From a virus (Duplodnaviria; Caudoviricetes), in IMG/VR virus record IMGVR_UViG_3300015607_004160: a DNA stretch of 64,000 bases; one strand, given 5' to 3'. Below are positions 31,518 through 42,239 of this stretch, piece by piece. A model generated the notes under the pieces. That model saw nothing but the letters and a program-made list of their open reading frames with translations. It was not told the DNA's origin and made no database searches. The translations under genes were made by a program, and so were the position numbers. Each line of letters opens with the position of its first letter. Position 1 is the stretch's first letter.

Positions 31518-31978
31518 CTTGATAATATTTCGAGATTAAATTCTCGTCGATTACGTTCTTTGTAATTATCAATAAATTTTCTTAATAAAGGATGAATATG
31601 CTTATATTCAATCGGTGTGACATCATCAATTTTTCCTATATATTCTTCAAAGACATAGAAAAGATTCTCAGGAGTGACCTTCATTGTATTAATCATACAT
31701 AGATAGTTTAACACCCTTTCCTTTTTTGGATCTATTGTTTCATTACTTCTATTCCATTTTGCCATCCAGGCTAGCTTTAATGACATTGCTTCAAAGTCTC
31801 TCAAAACAACTCCTTGCCACCAATCGGAAAATTCATCATTCCGAACAATTGGGTCAAATCCAATCATAGATTGATATTTTTCCCAAATATAACTTATATG
31901 AGAATTAACAAGGTATGAATCTTTGACAACCTTGTGAAATAATAAAGAAAATGCTATTATGTTATTTGTCTTACTCAT
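31514..31978 (-). CDS. Hypothetical protein with C-terminal tag variant (REFNLEIL)
   Basis: 154-aa ORF. Confidence 0.7.
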   Translation of the reverse strand: MSKTNNIIAFSLLFHKVVKDSYLVNSHISYIWEKYQSMIGFDPIVRNDEFSDWWQGVVLRDFEAMSLKLAWMAKWNRSNETIDPKKERVLNYLCMINTMKVTPENLFYVFEEYIGKIDDVTPIEYKHIHPLLRKFIDNYKERNRREFNLEILSR

Positions 31979-31985
31979 TTAAATA

Positions 31986-32017
31986 CAAAGATACGAAAAA
32001 TACAAACAAGAAACAAA
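31986..32017 (-). promoter_or_regulatory. Bacteroidota-type (early) promoter
   Basis: TTTG, 20-nt spacer, TATCTTTG. Confidence 0.75.
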
Positions 32018-32050
32018 AAATTGAATATATACCTTAAAATTAGAGAAAAA

Positions 32051-33016
32051 ATGGTTATTAAGCATAAAGTTATTAAGGATTTTCAATTATTAACTCCAGA
32101 TAAGAAAATTGTTATTTTAAAGTCCGGATCCATCATTGAAGAATATAAACTCATAACTAAATCAGACACACTTGAAATTGAAAAGGATATTATTGATAAT
32201 AATCCTGAGTTCTTTTTAACTTTGGACTGGAAGCAAGAGTTAATCTCATATATGAGAACTAATAAGATGCCAACACCAGCTATTTTGGGTAAGAAGCTAA
32301 TTCCATTTATCGAGGAAATGTTTGTTATCGGTTCTCAAGAAAAGGTCGGATCCAACGATATAGAAAGGGAGTTTAAAACTAAACTTAAGTCACTAAATGA
32401 CAGAGAACTTGATTTGGAAAAAGAATACAGAGCGAAATTGAAATCTCTAAGTGAAAAAGAATCAGATTATGAAGTTAAGACTCAAAAGTTGGATAAGAGA
32501 GAATCTGATATTGAAAATGATTATAATGATATAAGTAAAAGAGAATCTGATATTAGAAAAAAATTATCTGAATTAAGAGATAAAGAAGAATCCCTAAGAG
32601 ATTTAGAATTTGAGTTAGGTAAGAAGGAGAGAAATATGGATAAAATTCTTCTAGAATCCGAAAAGACAATTGATGATAGACAAAAGGATATGAATGATAA
32701 ATTAGAGCAAAAGCTTAAAGATTTAGATAAGAGAGAATCCGAATTTAACAATAAACTGGAAGATTTGAATAAAAAGGAAAAGGAACTCTATTCGAATTTT
32801 GATGATAAAGTTAAAGAATATCAAGATACTTATAAAGAAAAAATGATTGAATTGTCAAGAAAGGAAGCAGAAATAGAATCAATTAACTTATCAAAGATCA
32901 AAGAGATCGAAAGAAAGGTAGTTGATTATTACAATGATGTTCCTTGGCATCATAATGATATGGGCACTTTTAAGAAAAGAATTGAAGATATTATTAATGA
33001 ATTTAAAAATATTTAA
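32051..33016 (+). CDS. Coiled-coil hypothetical protein
   Basis: Repeated L..(R/K)E.(E/D) heptad pattern. Confidence 0.7.
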   Translation: MVIKHKVIKDFQLLTPDKKIVILKSGSIIEEYKLITKSDTLEIEKDIIDNNPEFFLTLDWKQELISYMRTNKMPTPAILGKKLIPFIEEMFVIGSQEKVGSNDIEREFKTKLKSLNDRELDLEKEYRAKLKSLSEKESDYEVKTQKLDKRESDIENDYNDISKRESDIRKKLSELRDKEESLRDLEFELGKKERNMDKILLESEKTIDDRQKDMNDKLEQKLKDLDKRESEFNNKLEDLNKKEKELYSNFDDKVKEYQDTYKEKMIELSRKEAEIESINLSKIKEIERKVVDYYNDVPWHHNDMGTFKKRIEDIINEFKNI

Positions 33017-33017
33017 T

Positions 33018-33026
33018 TAATATATA
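33018..33026 (+). promoter_or_regulatory. Putative late promoter TAATATATA
   Basis: 4 nt before ATG 33031. Confidence 0.6.
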
Positions 33027-33030
33027 CTAT

Positions 33031-33690
33031 ATGAAACATCTAAAATCGTATAGTCAGCACAATGAAGGAATCGGAAGTTCTCTATTAAAAGCAGGATTAG
33101 CCGGATCTTTATTATTTAATTCTCCTGAGGTTAAATCTCAACCAAATAATCCAGTTACTACTCTAAGTAAAGATACGTCAGGTAGATCTGAAGTTAAGAT
33201 GGTGAATCATCTATATAATTTAAGATTAGAGAAATCTAATGATACATCATTAAATGCTATTTTGGACGAAATAAAAGGAAATTTAAATACAAAAGATTCC
33301 ACTAAATTTATTGACTTATTTAATAAATTATCTTCATACTTGGAATCACAATATGGATATAAAATCGAAGCCAGAAAAATTGAGGATTTAGATGGTGAAG
33401 AATTAAAAAGGGATCCAGGTAAGTTTAATCTTTTTGAGATATTGGGGTGGTTAGGCTCTATTTGTTTAGCTTTATGTGGAGTTCCACAGGCTATAATGTC
33501 TTATAAAGACAGGCACTCACATGGCATATCGTGGGGATTTTTGATATTATGGGCGTTTGGAGAACTTTTTGCACTTGCTTATGTATATGATAAGTTAGAC
33601 CTACCTCTATTATTAAATTATGCTGTAAATATTTTAATTGTCGGAGTTATTTTATACTTTAAAGTTAGACCTGAGGTTGATCCAGAATAA
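33031..33690 (+). CDS. N-tagged protein with C-terminal PQ-loop (SemiSWEET-like) membrane domain
   Basis: MKHLKSYSQHNEG; GWLGSICLALCGVPQAIMSY..GISW..LLLNY, three hydrophobic helices. Confidence 0.7.
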   Translation: MKHLKSYSQHNEGIGSSLLKAGLAGSLLFNSPEVKSQPNNPVTTLSKDTSGRSEVKMVNHLYNLRLEKSNDTSLNAILDEIKGNLNTKDSTKFIDLFNKLSSYLESQYGYKIEARKIEDLDGEELKRDPGKFNLFEILGWLGSICLALCGVPQAIMSYKDRHSHGISWGFLILWAFGELFALAYVYDKLDLPLLLNYAVNILIVGVILYFKVRPEVDPE

Positions 33691-33922
33691 CATCTATCTT
33701 TTTATCTCTGAAGTATGCAGCAATAGTTTTCATCTCATATCTCGGAAATTTACCTCCAGTAAAATTACTATGAATTTTATCGAAATTTTCGACAGTAAAA
33801 TTAGTATATGTTTTCCTATAAAGGGAATCTCTTAAATGGGTTAAAAATGAATTTTGTGGATCGTATTCAGATACAATAGAATATACATATTTAATGTATT
33901 CAAATTTTTGTTCATTTGTCAT
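33665..33922 (-). CDS. Hypothetical protein with C-terminal tag (RDKKIDVIL)
   Basis: 85-aa ORF. Confidence 0.65.
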   Translation of the reverse strand: MTNEQKFEYIKYVYSIVSEYDPQNSFLTHLRDSLYRKTYTNFTVENFDKIHSNFTGGKFPRYEMKTIAAYFRDKKIDVILDQPQV

Positions 33923-34430
33923 TTAATATATTAATTTTTAATTCGCGATTGGTTGCTAATAGCAAGTTGTAAATTTTGTGAACTCCATCCATGTCCAATG
34001 GATACTTGAAATGATGACTAAAATATAAATTTTCAAAGTTTGTATAAAAAGCATATATAGAAGGGAAAAAATCATTCATAGTTTCCTTTGAAAATTTAGA
34101 ATCAGCAGTAATTGATCCTTTACCAAAGGTCATAGTTAGTAGTCCTACATCACCAGGGTTTCTATCTCCAATGAATGACTTGCTTAAGAACTTTTTGTCT
34201 ACTGTAAACGATGGTAAATATTCATCTATATTTGAAACACTCTGCGGAAGTGGTTCAAATATATTAACCTCATACCCATCAACTAATTTATCCTCTGTAT
34301 CAATATCAGTTGGATCATATTCAAAGTCAGACCAATATTGTTCATCATGATTAACAGAAAATAAATCAAGTGGTACTGATGATACTTTAGTTGGTCTGAG
34401 TACTAACATTAATTTTAATTCTTCTTTCAT
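33912..34430 (-). CDS. Hypothetical protein with C-terminal tag (RELKINIL)
   Basis: 172-aa ORF. Confidence 0.7.
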   Translation of the reverse strand: MKEELKLMLVLRPTKVSSVPLDLFSVNHDEQYWSDFEYDPTDIDTEDKLVDGYEVNIFEPLPQSVSNIDEYLPSFTVDKKFLSKSFIGDRNPGDVGLLTMTFGKGSITADSKFSKETMNDFFPSIYAFYTNFENLYFSHHFKYPLDMDGVHKIYNLLLATNRELKINILNDK

Positions 34431-34756
34431 ATTTCGTATTCAAAGTTTTTACCAGATAATTTATCTTTTAGCCTAATCATACTGAGTAACTTTTGTGTTG
34501 GAATTGAATCATCGGTTATTTTACTTTTTGTAAGTAATTCAAATTTATTACTTATGAAAAAATTAATATCATCAATTCTTTTTTGTGCAAAAAATATCAT
34601 ATGCTCCCTAAATTTTTCACGCATCTTATCACTCTTCTTTGTATTTTCAATTCTTTCTAATAAAATATTACGAATTTCGGCAACAGTTTTCTTTTCGCAG
34701 ATAGCGGTTCTAATTTTATTATCAATAAAGTTATTTATAACACTAGACTTCATCAT
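34427..34756 (-). CDS. Hypothetical protein
   Basis: 109-aa ORF with overlapping start/stop coupling. Confidence 0.65.
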   Translation of the reverse strand: MMKSSVINNFIDNKIRTAICEKKTVAEIRNILLERIENTKKSDKMREKFREHMIFFAQKRIDDINFFISNKFELLTKSKITDDSIPTQKLLSMIRLKDKLSGKNFEYEI

Positions 34757-35352
34757 TTTAGTATTTTCATTTTATAGAGTAAAAATATAATCAATCCCAT
34801 TAAACCACCACCAACATGGCCAAAGTGTGCAGTTCCATCACCGTGTAACATAAACCCACTAAATACCTCAAATAGAAACATAATCGCTATTAAATATTTC
34901 GCTTTAATTCCAATCGGAATAAGGAAGAAATATAGCTTTTGGTTTGGATTAAGAAGTGTAAACATCATAAGAACTCCCCATATAGAACCACTTGCTCCCA
35001 CAAGCGGAATATTACCAGAATCCACCATCATACTATGTAACACACCACTAGCTACTCCACACATCAAATAATATATCCAGAATCGTTTAACACCATATAC
35101 ATCTTCGACTAATGGCCCAAACGAAAGAAGAACTAACATATTAAATGCAATATGTATGAATCCAGCATGAAGAAATTGATAGGTTATAAGTTGCCAAGGA
35201 TAGAATAGATTGCTATCATTGAGATCATACATTGGAAGAAGTGATGGACTCGATGGTGTTCCTACAAAAAATGCAGGCAACATCAGTGTAAATAAAAATA
35301 CAATGATGTTCAAATAAAAAATTGTTTTTGTAGCTTTAGCCGATTGAAACAT
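34753..35352 (-). CDS. Rhomboid intramembrane serine protease
   Basis: WQLITYQFLH..HIAFNM, GASG, AHFGHVGG. Confidence 0.9.
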   Translation of the reverse strand: MFQSAKATKTIFYLNIIVFLFTLMLPAFFVGTPSSPSLLPMYDLNDSNLFYPWQLITYQFLHAGFIHIAFNMLVLLSFGPLVEDVYGVKRFWIYYLMCGVASGVLHSMMVDSGNIPLVGASGSIWGVLMMFTLLNPNQKLYFFLIPIGIKAKYLIAIMFLFEVFSGFMLHGDGTAHFGHVGGGLMGLIIFLLYKMKILK

Positions 35353-35594
35353 TAGTTTAAAATTTTAGTTAATTGATTATCTCTGTTAATTTGATTTGTA
35401 ATATTTTCAAATAGAAAACTATTCTTTTCATAGAACTCAACACTTGTACCAAATGGATGTAATTTTCCATTAAATAAACAAACATTTGTCCTTTTAAATA
35501 TTGGTAGATTAAAACTATGTGTTACTCTATACCATACCAATAGGTGTCTATAATCAGACAAATTTGTAGTAATATCAGGAAAATATAATATCAT
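35352..35594 (-). CDS. Hypothetical protein with C-terminal tag (RDNQLTKIL)
   Basis: 80-aa ORF; TTCGTATCTTTG ends 4 nt upstream. Confidence 0.65.
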   Translation of the reverse strand: MILYFPDITTNLSDYRHLLVWYRVTHSFNLPIFKRTNVCLFNGKLHPFGTSVEFYEKNSFLFENITNQINRDNQLTKILN

Positions 35595-35598
35595 ACCA

Positions 35599-35610
35599 CA
35601 AAGATACGAA
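35599..35610 (-). promoter_or_regulatory. Bacteroidota-type -7 element TTCGTATCTTTG
   Basis: Identical to the copies at 6032, 24686 and 31986. Confidence 0.65.
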
Positions 35611-35617
35611 AATTATT

Positions 35618-36526
35618 TTAAACATCTTTAACCTGGCTGAGAAATTTCTCAGCATCTATAGCCGCCATACATCCTGTACCAGCAGCGGTTATCGCTTGTC
35701 TGTAAATTTTATCTTGAACATCACCACACGCAAAAACACCTGGTATGTTTGTTTTGGTGGATCCTAGCATAGTTATGATATATCCATCATCATCAATATC
35801 TAATTGATTAGTAAATAATTCTGTATTAGGTTTGTGACCAATTGCTATAAACACACCATCACATACAATATTACCCTGATTTGTAGATATGCCTGTTAGA
35901 TCACCATCCCCAAGAAACTCAATAACTTGCGTATTGTATTTAATATCAATTGTAGAATTGATGACTCTTTGATACATTATTTTTGATGCTCTCATTCTAT
36001 CAGATCTAACTAGCATGACAACTTTACTACAAATATTAGATAGATATAAGGCTTCTTCACAAGCGGTATCTCCACCACCAATAACTACCACCTTTTTATT
36101 TTTGAAGAAAAATCCATCACAGGTAGCACAAGCAGATACCCCCCTTCCATAATACTTCTTCTCTGAATCTATACCCAACCATTTGGCCTCAGCACCAGTT
36201 GATATAATAACACTATCTGTTATCCAATCCTGATTATCTTCATCTGTCAACACAAATGGATAGATATCAAGTTTAGCTTTAATTATCATTTTATATGATA
36301 TTTCTGTTCCGAATCTTTCTGCTTGTAGTCTAATGTCCTCCATTAACTCTGGCCCGGTTACCGGATTTCTATATCCCGGAAAATTCTCAACATCACCGGT
36401 GTCCATTAGTTGCCCACCATGTTTCAATCCAGCAAACATTAGTGGACTTAATCCTGCTCTTGAGGCATAAATAGCTGCCGTGTATCCGGCTGGACCACTA
36501 CCTATGATAATAACCTTTCTCTTCAT
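35618..36526 (-). CDS. trxB: Thioredoxin reductase
   Basis: IIGSGPAGYTAAIY, GVSACATCDG, GGGDTACEEA, GVFACGDVQD..RQAITAAG. Confidence 0.96.
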   Translation of the reverse strand: MKRKVIIIGSGPAGYTAAIYASRAGLSPLMFAGLKHGGQLMDTGDVENFPGYRNPVTGPELMEDIRLQAERFGTEISYKMIIKAKLDIYPFVLTDEDNQDWITDSVIISTGAEAKWLGIDSEKKYYGRGVSACATCDGFFFKNKKVVVIGGGDTACEEALYLSNICSKVVMLVRSDRMRASKIMYQRVINSTIDIKYNTQVIEFLGDGDLTGISTNQGNIVCDGVFIAIGHKPNTELFTNQLDIDDDGYIITMLGSTKTNIPGVFACGDVQDKIYRQAITAAGTGCMAAIDAEKFLSQVKDV

Positions 36527-37869
36527 TATTTTAATTTCTTTTTTAATTCTGACAAATCATTGATATACATATCCTTAGGATCAACAGCATTTAGGATTTC
36601 AATTTCTTCCTTTTTGATTTTAAAATCTTCTTTTAGCTTCTCATACATTTCCTTTGTTAATGACCAAATCGGCATTCTTAGTAAATAATCGAAACTGTCA
36701 TCAATCTTGTCTAATCCAAAGGCTTCTATATCTTTGACAATCTTCTCCTTAGCTACATTTTTAACCTCTAATTTGCCATCCAAAATTGCTTTGATGAACC
36801 TTCCGCGATTAGATAGAATTTTTAATTCATGCTTTAGTTTATCTAATAGGTAATCTTTTCTTTTATCGTAATAAGATAATCTAAATATAACGAAATATTT
36901 AATAATATCGTCAGGACTATCAAAGATTTTTAATTTGCCATTCTCATCAAGTGTAGAATAGATTTCTGTTTCAAATTCTTCTAATTTTAAAATCTTGATC
37001 AACTTCTCCTCATCATATTTTGATAAGGTTTCTCTTGTAAATCTAATCGTATAATCAATATTATCTTTACTATTATCATCATAGGATACTATGATTTTCT
37101 TTTCAATTAACTCATCTAAGATTGATTCATACTTTTCAAATGTCATTGATGGTGGCAATTCAGATATTTTAACAGTTGTTGTATTTGTTATTTGTAATTT
37201 TCCTCTAATTATCCACCTTTTTTTATTTTCAGTATCTTGATTATAATCACCATTAAAAGAAGGTATATATGGTTTTATTTCAGATATTTTTTTGCCTTTT
37301 AATAAAAGTTCGCAAGCATTTATAATATCTAATGGATTTCTATTTAATATATTAGAAGAAAATCCAACGGCAATTCCAGAAGACCCATTAATTAAAATGG
37401 TTGGAATAATTGGCAGGAAATAATTTGGTTCTATTTCTTCACCTTCTTCTTCTTTGTATTCTAATAATTCAAAGTCTTTATAAAGTAGTCTAAAATTTTT
37501 ATTTAATTTGGTTCCGATATATCTAGGGGCTCCTGGTTCGGGCGATCTAAGTGAACCGAATTGACCATCCTCTTCAAGAAGAGGCATATTATTTTTAAAT
37601 TTCTGAGCCATATTAATTATGGCATTTGATAATGAATTATCACCGTGATGATAATAACAATCCGAGGCAACTTTTCCTGATAATTGAAAAACCTTAAGAG
37701 GCTTTTCGGATCCTGTTTTCCAAACCTGATTTGATATGTGAATAATCTTTCTTTGTGTGGGTTTTAGTCCATCAATTACTGATGGTATGGCTCTATTTTC
37801 AATAACATATAGTGAGAACTCTTTATATTCATCTGATAAGAACTCTGTGATTGTTTTTTCAGTCTTCAT
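36526..37869 (-). CDS. DNA topoisomerase II medium subunit (T4 gp52/GyrA-like)
   Basis: RAIPSVIDGLKPTQRK, YHHGD, GQFGS, APRY (catalytic Tyr), NGSSGIAVGF. Confidence 0.92.
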   Translation of the reverse strand: MKTEKTITEFLSDEYKEFSLYVIENRAIPSVIDGLKPTQRKIIHISNQVWKTGSEKPLKVFQLSGKVASDCYYHHGDNSLSNAIINMAQKFKNNMPLLEEDGQFGSLRSPEPGAPRYIGTKLNKNFRLLYKDFELLEYKEEEGEEIEPNYFLPIIPTILINGSSGIAVGFSSNILNRNPLDIINACELLLKGKKISEIKPYIPSFNGDYNQDTENKKRWIIRGKLQITNTTTVKISELPPSMTFEKYESILDELIEKKIIVSYDDNSKDNIDYTIRFTRETLSKYDEEKLIKILKLEEFETEIYSTLDENGKLKIFDSPDDIIKYFVIFRLSYYDKRKDYLLDKLKHELKILSNRGRFIKAILDGKLEVKNVAKEKIVKDIEAFGLDKIDDSFDYLLRMPIWSLTKEMYEKLKEDFKIKKEEIEILNAVDPKDMYINDLSELKKKLK

Positions 37870-37905
37870 AGTTTTATATATACAAAAAATAGATTATTGT
37901 TTTAA

Positions 37906-38136
37906 ATGAAATACCTTAAAAAGTTTAATGAATCCTTATCTGAAATTGAGCTAGTGAAAGGGATAAAAGTCGAATCAGAACATGGAAACATCTATGAAGA
38001 GATAGATTCTTATTTAGAATCTTTCAATATTGGAATGCCTTGGTCCAAAATTGAATTCTATGGAAAAATAGCAGAATCCCACTTAAAAGAGATTCCTGAT
38101 TATTATACAAGATTAGAAAAAATGGAAAGAGAATGA
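37906..38136 (+). CDS. Small N-tagged protein (MKYLKKFNES), DUF5661-like
   Basis: GIKVESEH..IA..HLKEIPDYYTRL. Confidence 0.7.
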   Translation: MKYLKKFNESLSEIELVKGIKVESEHGNIYEEIDSYLESFNIGMPWSKIEFYGKIAESHLKEIPDYYTRLEKMERE

Positions 38137-39674
38137 AATATTTAAGAAAATATAATGAAAATCGCGGATATGAATTACTAAAAGATCCCGGCGTTGACGA
38201 TTATAGACATGATAAATTAATGTCTGTTAGTAATAGAACCATACAGCAAGTTAGTGATATAGTTGGAATTGATAAATTTGTAATAGATGAAATTGTTTAT
38301 AGGGGGATCGACGATGAAATGAAGAAAAGCCTGCTTTGGTCCATAGCTGCCAGGTATCTACAAAAATATAAATTTATTAGAACACGTATATACCCCTTAG
38401 ATATTGAAATATATGAATATGAAGACGAATGGTTTGAATTGTCATGCACAAATTTACGTGATATTGCATCTGGTCCACTAATATATTGGTGTGATCAAAT
38501 GGAAGGAATGACTAATTTCCTAAATGATATAAAGAATAATGCAATAAACGAAGGAATTTTCTCAAAAGCTGCAGAATTATTAAGATATAATAGGAAGGCA
38601 GATCAATTAATCAAAAAGTATATTAAAATGATATATGATGATTATAATAAAAACAAAGATTTATTCCGGGTATCTATAGTCGAGGATTCAGAATATATTG
38701 ATTTTAAATATATGATAACAACAGGAGATCTAAATAATGTCCAATTGGGAAATCGGGATGAGAATGCCATAACAATAGAATTGACTTTTATTGAAAACAC
38801 ATTTAAGTGGAGTAGTGATACCACACAGGCAAGACTTGAAGTTAGAAAATTTAAATCATATCAAGGAGACCTTTTAATTGTTGGAAGAAATATAAAGACT
38901 GGCGAGATCATTGAAAATGAAAACGGGATTAAGAGTAAGGATGCAATATCTTATGTTAATACCCCATCTGGTGAGGTGAGTAAAATAATTAAATTTTTTA
39001 TAAGAGAATTTAAGTCAAAATATCCAACAATGAGCAAGTATTATGGAGCGAGGTCTATACTAAAAATTGATACCAAATTAAGAGATAAAATGGAGTCCGA
39101 TTCTGATAAAAAAAGGATGTATGATAGAGAGAAATATGAAGAAGAAAGAGAGAGAAAAAAACAATTTATTCTTTCTAAATTAGACACAATGAAAATGAAA
39201 GAGGAAGATATTATTGATTTTTTTATAGAAGTTGAGGATGAAGTTGATATTCAAATATCCCATGAAAGGAGCATATACATTGATAGAACTATATATACTG
39301 CTAAGATATTTAAATCACTAAAAGATCCAATAGTAGATGAATTTTCATTAGATGGATTATTAAATAAAAATAAATTAGAATTTGACGAGAGTGATATACC
39401 TCTTAAAAAGAATATACCATATCATAAATTAGTGATAGGTTTATTGGATGCAGATTATTCTCCAGATGAATTTAAAAAGAAAATTGATAAGGTAATTAAT
39501 AGATTAAAATTTGGATTAAAATTGGAAGCATCAGAGATGATGATTGATAAGAATCCTTTTTCTGGCGATCATGGGCTACATAACAGCTATCTCTCATATG
39601 AGTGTAATGATGAGATATCTAGAATGTTTACCAGTAAAAAAGCTGTTTATATCATATACCTATCAGAAATTTAA
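38133..39674 (+). CDS. Hypothetical protein with N-terminal tag (MKYLRKYNEN) and internal AINEG site
   Basis: 513-aa ORF. Confidence 0.72.
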   Translation: MKYLRKYNENRGYELLKDPGVDDYRHDKLMSVSNRTIQQVSDIVGIDKFVIDEIVYRGIDDEMKKSLLWSIAARYLQKYKFIRTRIYPLDIEIYEYEDEWFELSCTNLRDIASGPLIYWCDQMEGMTNFLNDIKNNAINEGIFSKAAELLRYNRKADQLIKKYIKMIYDDYNKNKDLFRVSIVEDSEYIDFKYMITTGDLNNVQLGNRDENAITIELTFIENTFKWSSDTTQARLEVRKFKSYQGDLLIVGRNIKTGEIIENENGIKSKDAISYVNTPSGEVSKIIKFFIREFKSKYPTMSKYYGARSILKIDTKLRDKMESDSDKKRMYDREKYEEERERKKQFILSKLDTMKMKEEDIIDFFIEVEDEVDIQISHERSIYIDRTIYTAKIFKSLKDPIVDEFSLDGLLNKNKLEFDESDIPLKKNIPYHKLVIGLLDADYSPDEFKKKIDKVINRLKFGLKLEASEMMIDKNPFSGDHGLHNSYLSYECNDEISRMFTSKKAVYIIYLSEI

Positions 39675-40261
39675 ACTATTCCAAATCCGACTGGGTTAAC
39701 AACATATTCTATTTCTCCGATATCTGAACTACCTCCATAAATATATAAATTAGCAGTTGTAGTGGTTGGGTATGTATATAGTGTTGTCCATGATGATCCT
39801 CTGTAATATTTAGCATATAAAGTATTTCCAATTCTTTCAGTTCTCATTTTATCACCACTTGATGCTGTTATCCCAGTATCAACATATCCATTAGTATCAT
39901 CATATGTTTTATAGTGATCATTAGCACCTTCTATATATACTAAATAATCATATACGTAATCTGGAGTTAATGCATTACTTAATGCAAATCCCATACCTAT
40001 ATTATAATTATTAATTGTTCCAGCATTATCGGTTATATCACTCTGTATATACCCATCTGTAGAAGCTGGTAAATATTGTGCCGATTTTCCACTACCATTA
40101 GCACCAGTTGCAATAGGTCTCCATGATCCTGCTGGGTTTTCTTCCCAGTTAACTAAACTCCCAAATATAATCGGTACTTCTTGTGTAGGGGTCGTAGTTA
40201 AAAGTGGATTGATAAACAAACCTCCATTTATAGTTACTCCACCCCCAATTATAATGCTCAT
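39671..40261 (-). CDS. Gly/Thr-rich beta-rich protein, possibly virion or fibre accessory
   Basis: MSIIIGGGVTINGG start; composition; TAATATATA at 40291-40299. Confidence 0.55.
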   Translation of the reverse strand: MSIIIGGGVTINGGLFINPLLTTTPTQEVPIIFGSLVNWEENPAGSWRPIATGANGSGKSAQYLPASTDGYIQSDITDNAGTINNYNIGMGFALSNALTPDYVYDYLVYIEGANDHYKTYDDTNGYVDTGITASSGDKMRTERIGNTLYAKYYRGSSWTTLYTYPTTTTANLYIYGGSSDIGEIEYVVNPVGFGIV

Positions 40262-40400
40262 TTTATAGTAATTTTTATTTTATTGTGATTTATATATTAA
40301 AATAATGGCCATATCCTGCCCTGTTAAACAATAAAGAGAACTTCATTTTTAAACATTTTATCAATAATTTTTATAATATATATTAAAATAAACTAATTGG

Positions 40401-42239
40401 ATGGCAAAGAACATAGAGGAAAAATATAAAAAGTTAGATGATATATCACACGTACTTCAAAGAAATTCAATGTATATTGGATCCATTAAACCACACACCG
40501 CTGATAAATGGATTATAGAAGAAGGAAGAATGATTCAAAAACAAATAACTTATAATCCAGGATTCCTAAAGATATTTGATGAAATTATAACCAACTCTGT
40601 CGATGAGAGCAAAAGAATAGGAACTAAATTAAATATAATTAAAGTCTCAATCGAAAATAATATTATATCTATATGGGACAACGGTGGTATTCCAGTTGTT
40701 AAACATAAGGAACATGGGGAATGGATACCTGAAATGATATTTTCTAATCTAAAGGCAGGATCTAATTTTGATGATTCAGAAGAAAGAAGTTGGGCGGGCA
40801 CCAATGGTGTTGGATCAACATTAACTAATATTTTTTCAAAAAAATTTGTTATTTCTACTTGTGATGGTAAAAATCAATTCGATCAAACTTTTACCAATAA
40901 TATGAGGGAGAGAACTAAAGTTAAGGTTAAAAAAGCAACTAGAAATCACACCGAAATATCATATTTACCAGATTTTGAAAGATTCGGTATTGATTCAATT
41001 GATGAGAGTCATTTTAAAATGCTTGAAAAAAGAGTATATGATATAGCCGCCTCTAACCCAACACTTAAAGTATATTTTAATGGACATTTAATTAACTTCA
41101 AATCATTTGAGGATTATATTAAGTTATATACCGAAAATTATTTTTATGATACAAAGAAAGATAAAACATGGTCCATTGGTATATCACTTTCTGAGAATGG
41201 TTTTCAACAAGTGAGTTTTGTTAACTCAACAGACACATACGATGGTGGAACGCACCTTGATTATGTTTTAAACCAAATTATATCGGCTTTAAGAGAATTC
41301 TTTAGTAAGAAACATAAAGTAGACGTTAAACCATCTGAATTAAAAAATCATATGTTTGTTTTTCTAAATTCAACTGTAATAAATCCAGCATTCTCTTCTC
41401 AAACTAAAGAAAAGCTGATTACAGAAACAAAAGAATTTGGTTCTACATTTGAAGTTTCATCTAAATTAATTCAATCTATATTAAAATCCGAAATCGTTGC
41501 TTCTATCTTGGATTGGATTGAACAAAAGAAAAACGCGGATGAGAATAAAGCTGCTCGTGAATTAAATAAAAACCTAGCTAAAATAAAAGTTGATAAACTA
41601 ATTGATGCTAAGGGTAAAGATAGATGGAAGTGTAGTTTAGCTATTTTTGAAGGAGACTCTGCTTCTTCTGCATTTAGAAAATATAGAGACACCAATACAC
41701 AAGGAGCCTTTTCACTAAGAGGTAAGTTTATCAATGCTGCAGAAATTACTAACCAAAAATTGGTTGCCAATAATGAAGTTATTAATCTAATGGGAGCAAT
41801 GGGCTTAAAATTAGGACAGAAGGCTGTTCCTGGGACATTAAGATATGGTAGAATATTATTCTACTGTGATCAAGATTATGATGGATATTCTATTGTTGGA
41901 TTATTAATTAATTTCTTATATAAATTTTGGCCAGAACTATTCGAGCATAACATGATCTATAAAGTTGAAACTCCAATTGTAGTTTGTCAAAATAAAGCAA
42001 AGAAAAAAATATCTTTTTATACTCAGCAAGAATACCTTGATTGGTTAAAAAAAGTAAATCCAAAAGAATGGGAAATTAAATATAAAAAAGGATTGGCAGC
42101 ATTAGTAGATGATGAATATAAAGATATTATACATACACCTAAACTAACTAAGATTAAAAAAGATGATATTAGTTCTGAGTCACTGAATATATGGTTTGGT
42201 AAAGAATCTGATTTAAGAAAAACCGAATTACTAAAATGA
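40401..42239 (+). CDS. DNA topoisomerase II large subunit (T4 gp39+gp60/GyrB-like)
   Basis: EIITNSVDE, DNGGIP, GTNGVGS, SQTKE, EGDSA, LRGK, DQDYDG, YKKGL. Confidence 0.93.
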   Translation: MAKNIEEKYKKLDDISHVLQRNSMYIGSIKPHTADKWIIEEGRMIQKQITYNPGFLKIFDEIITNSVDESKRIGTKLNIIKVSIENNIISIWDNGGIPVVKHKEHGEWIPEMIFSNLKAGSNFDDSEERSWAGTNGVGSTLTNIFSKKFVISTCDGKNQFDQTFTNNMRERTKVKVKKATRNHTEISYLPDFERFGIDSIDESHFKMLEKRVYDIAASNPTLKVYFNGHLINFKSFEDYIKLYTENYFYDTKKDKTWSIGISLSENGFQQVSFVNSTDTYDGGTHLDYVLNQIISALREFFSKKHKVDVKPSELKNHMFVFLNSTVINPAFSSQTKEKLITETKEFGSTFEVSSKLIQSILKSEIVASILDWIEQKKNADENKAARELNKNLAKIKVDKLIDAKGKDRWKCSLAIFEGDSASSAFRKYRDTNTQGAFSLRGKFINAAEITNQKLVANNEVINLMGAMGLKLGQKAVPGTLRYGRILFYCDQDYDGYSIVGLLINFLYKFWPELFEHNMIYKVETPIVVCQNKAKKKISFYTQQEYLDWLKKVNPKEWEIKYKKGLAALVDDEYKDIIHTPKLTKIKKDDISSESLNIWFGKESDLRKTELLK

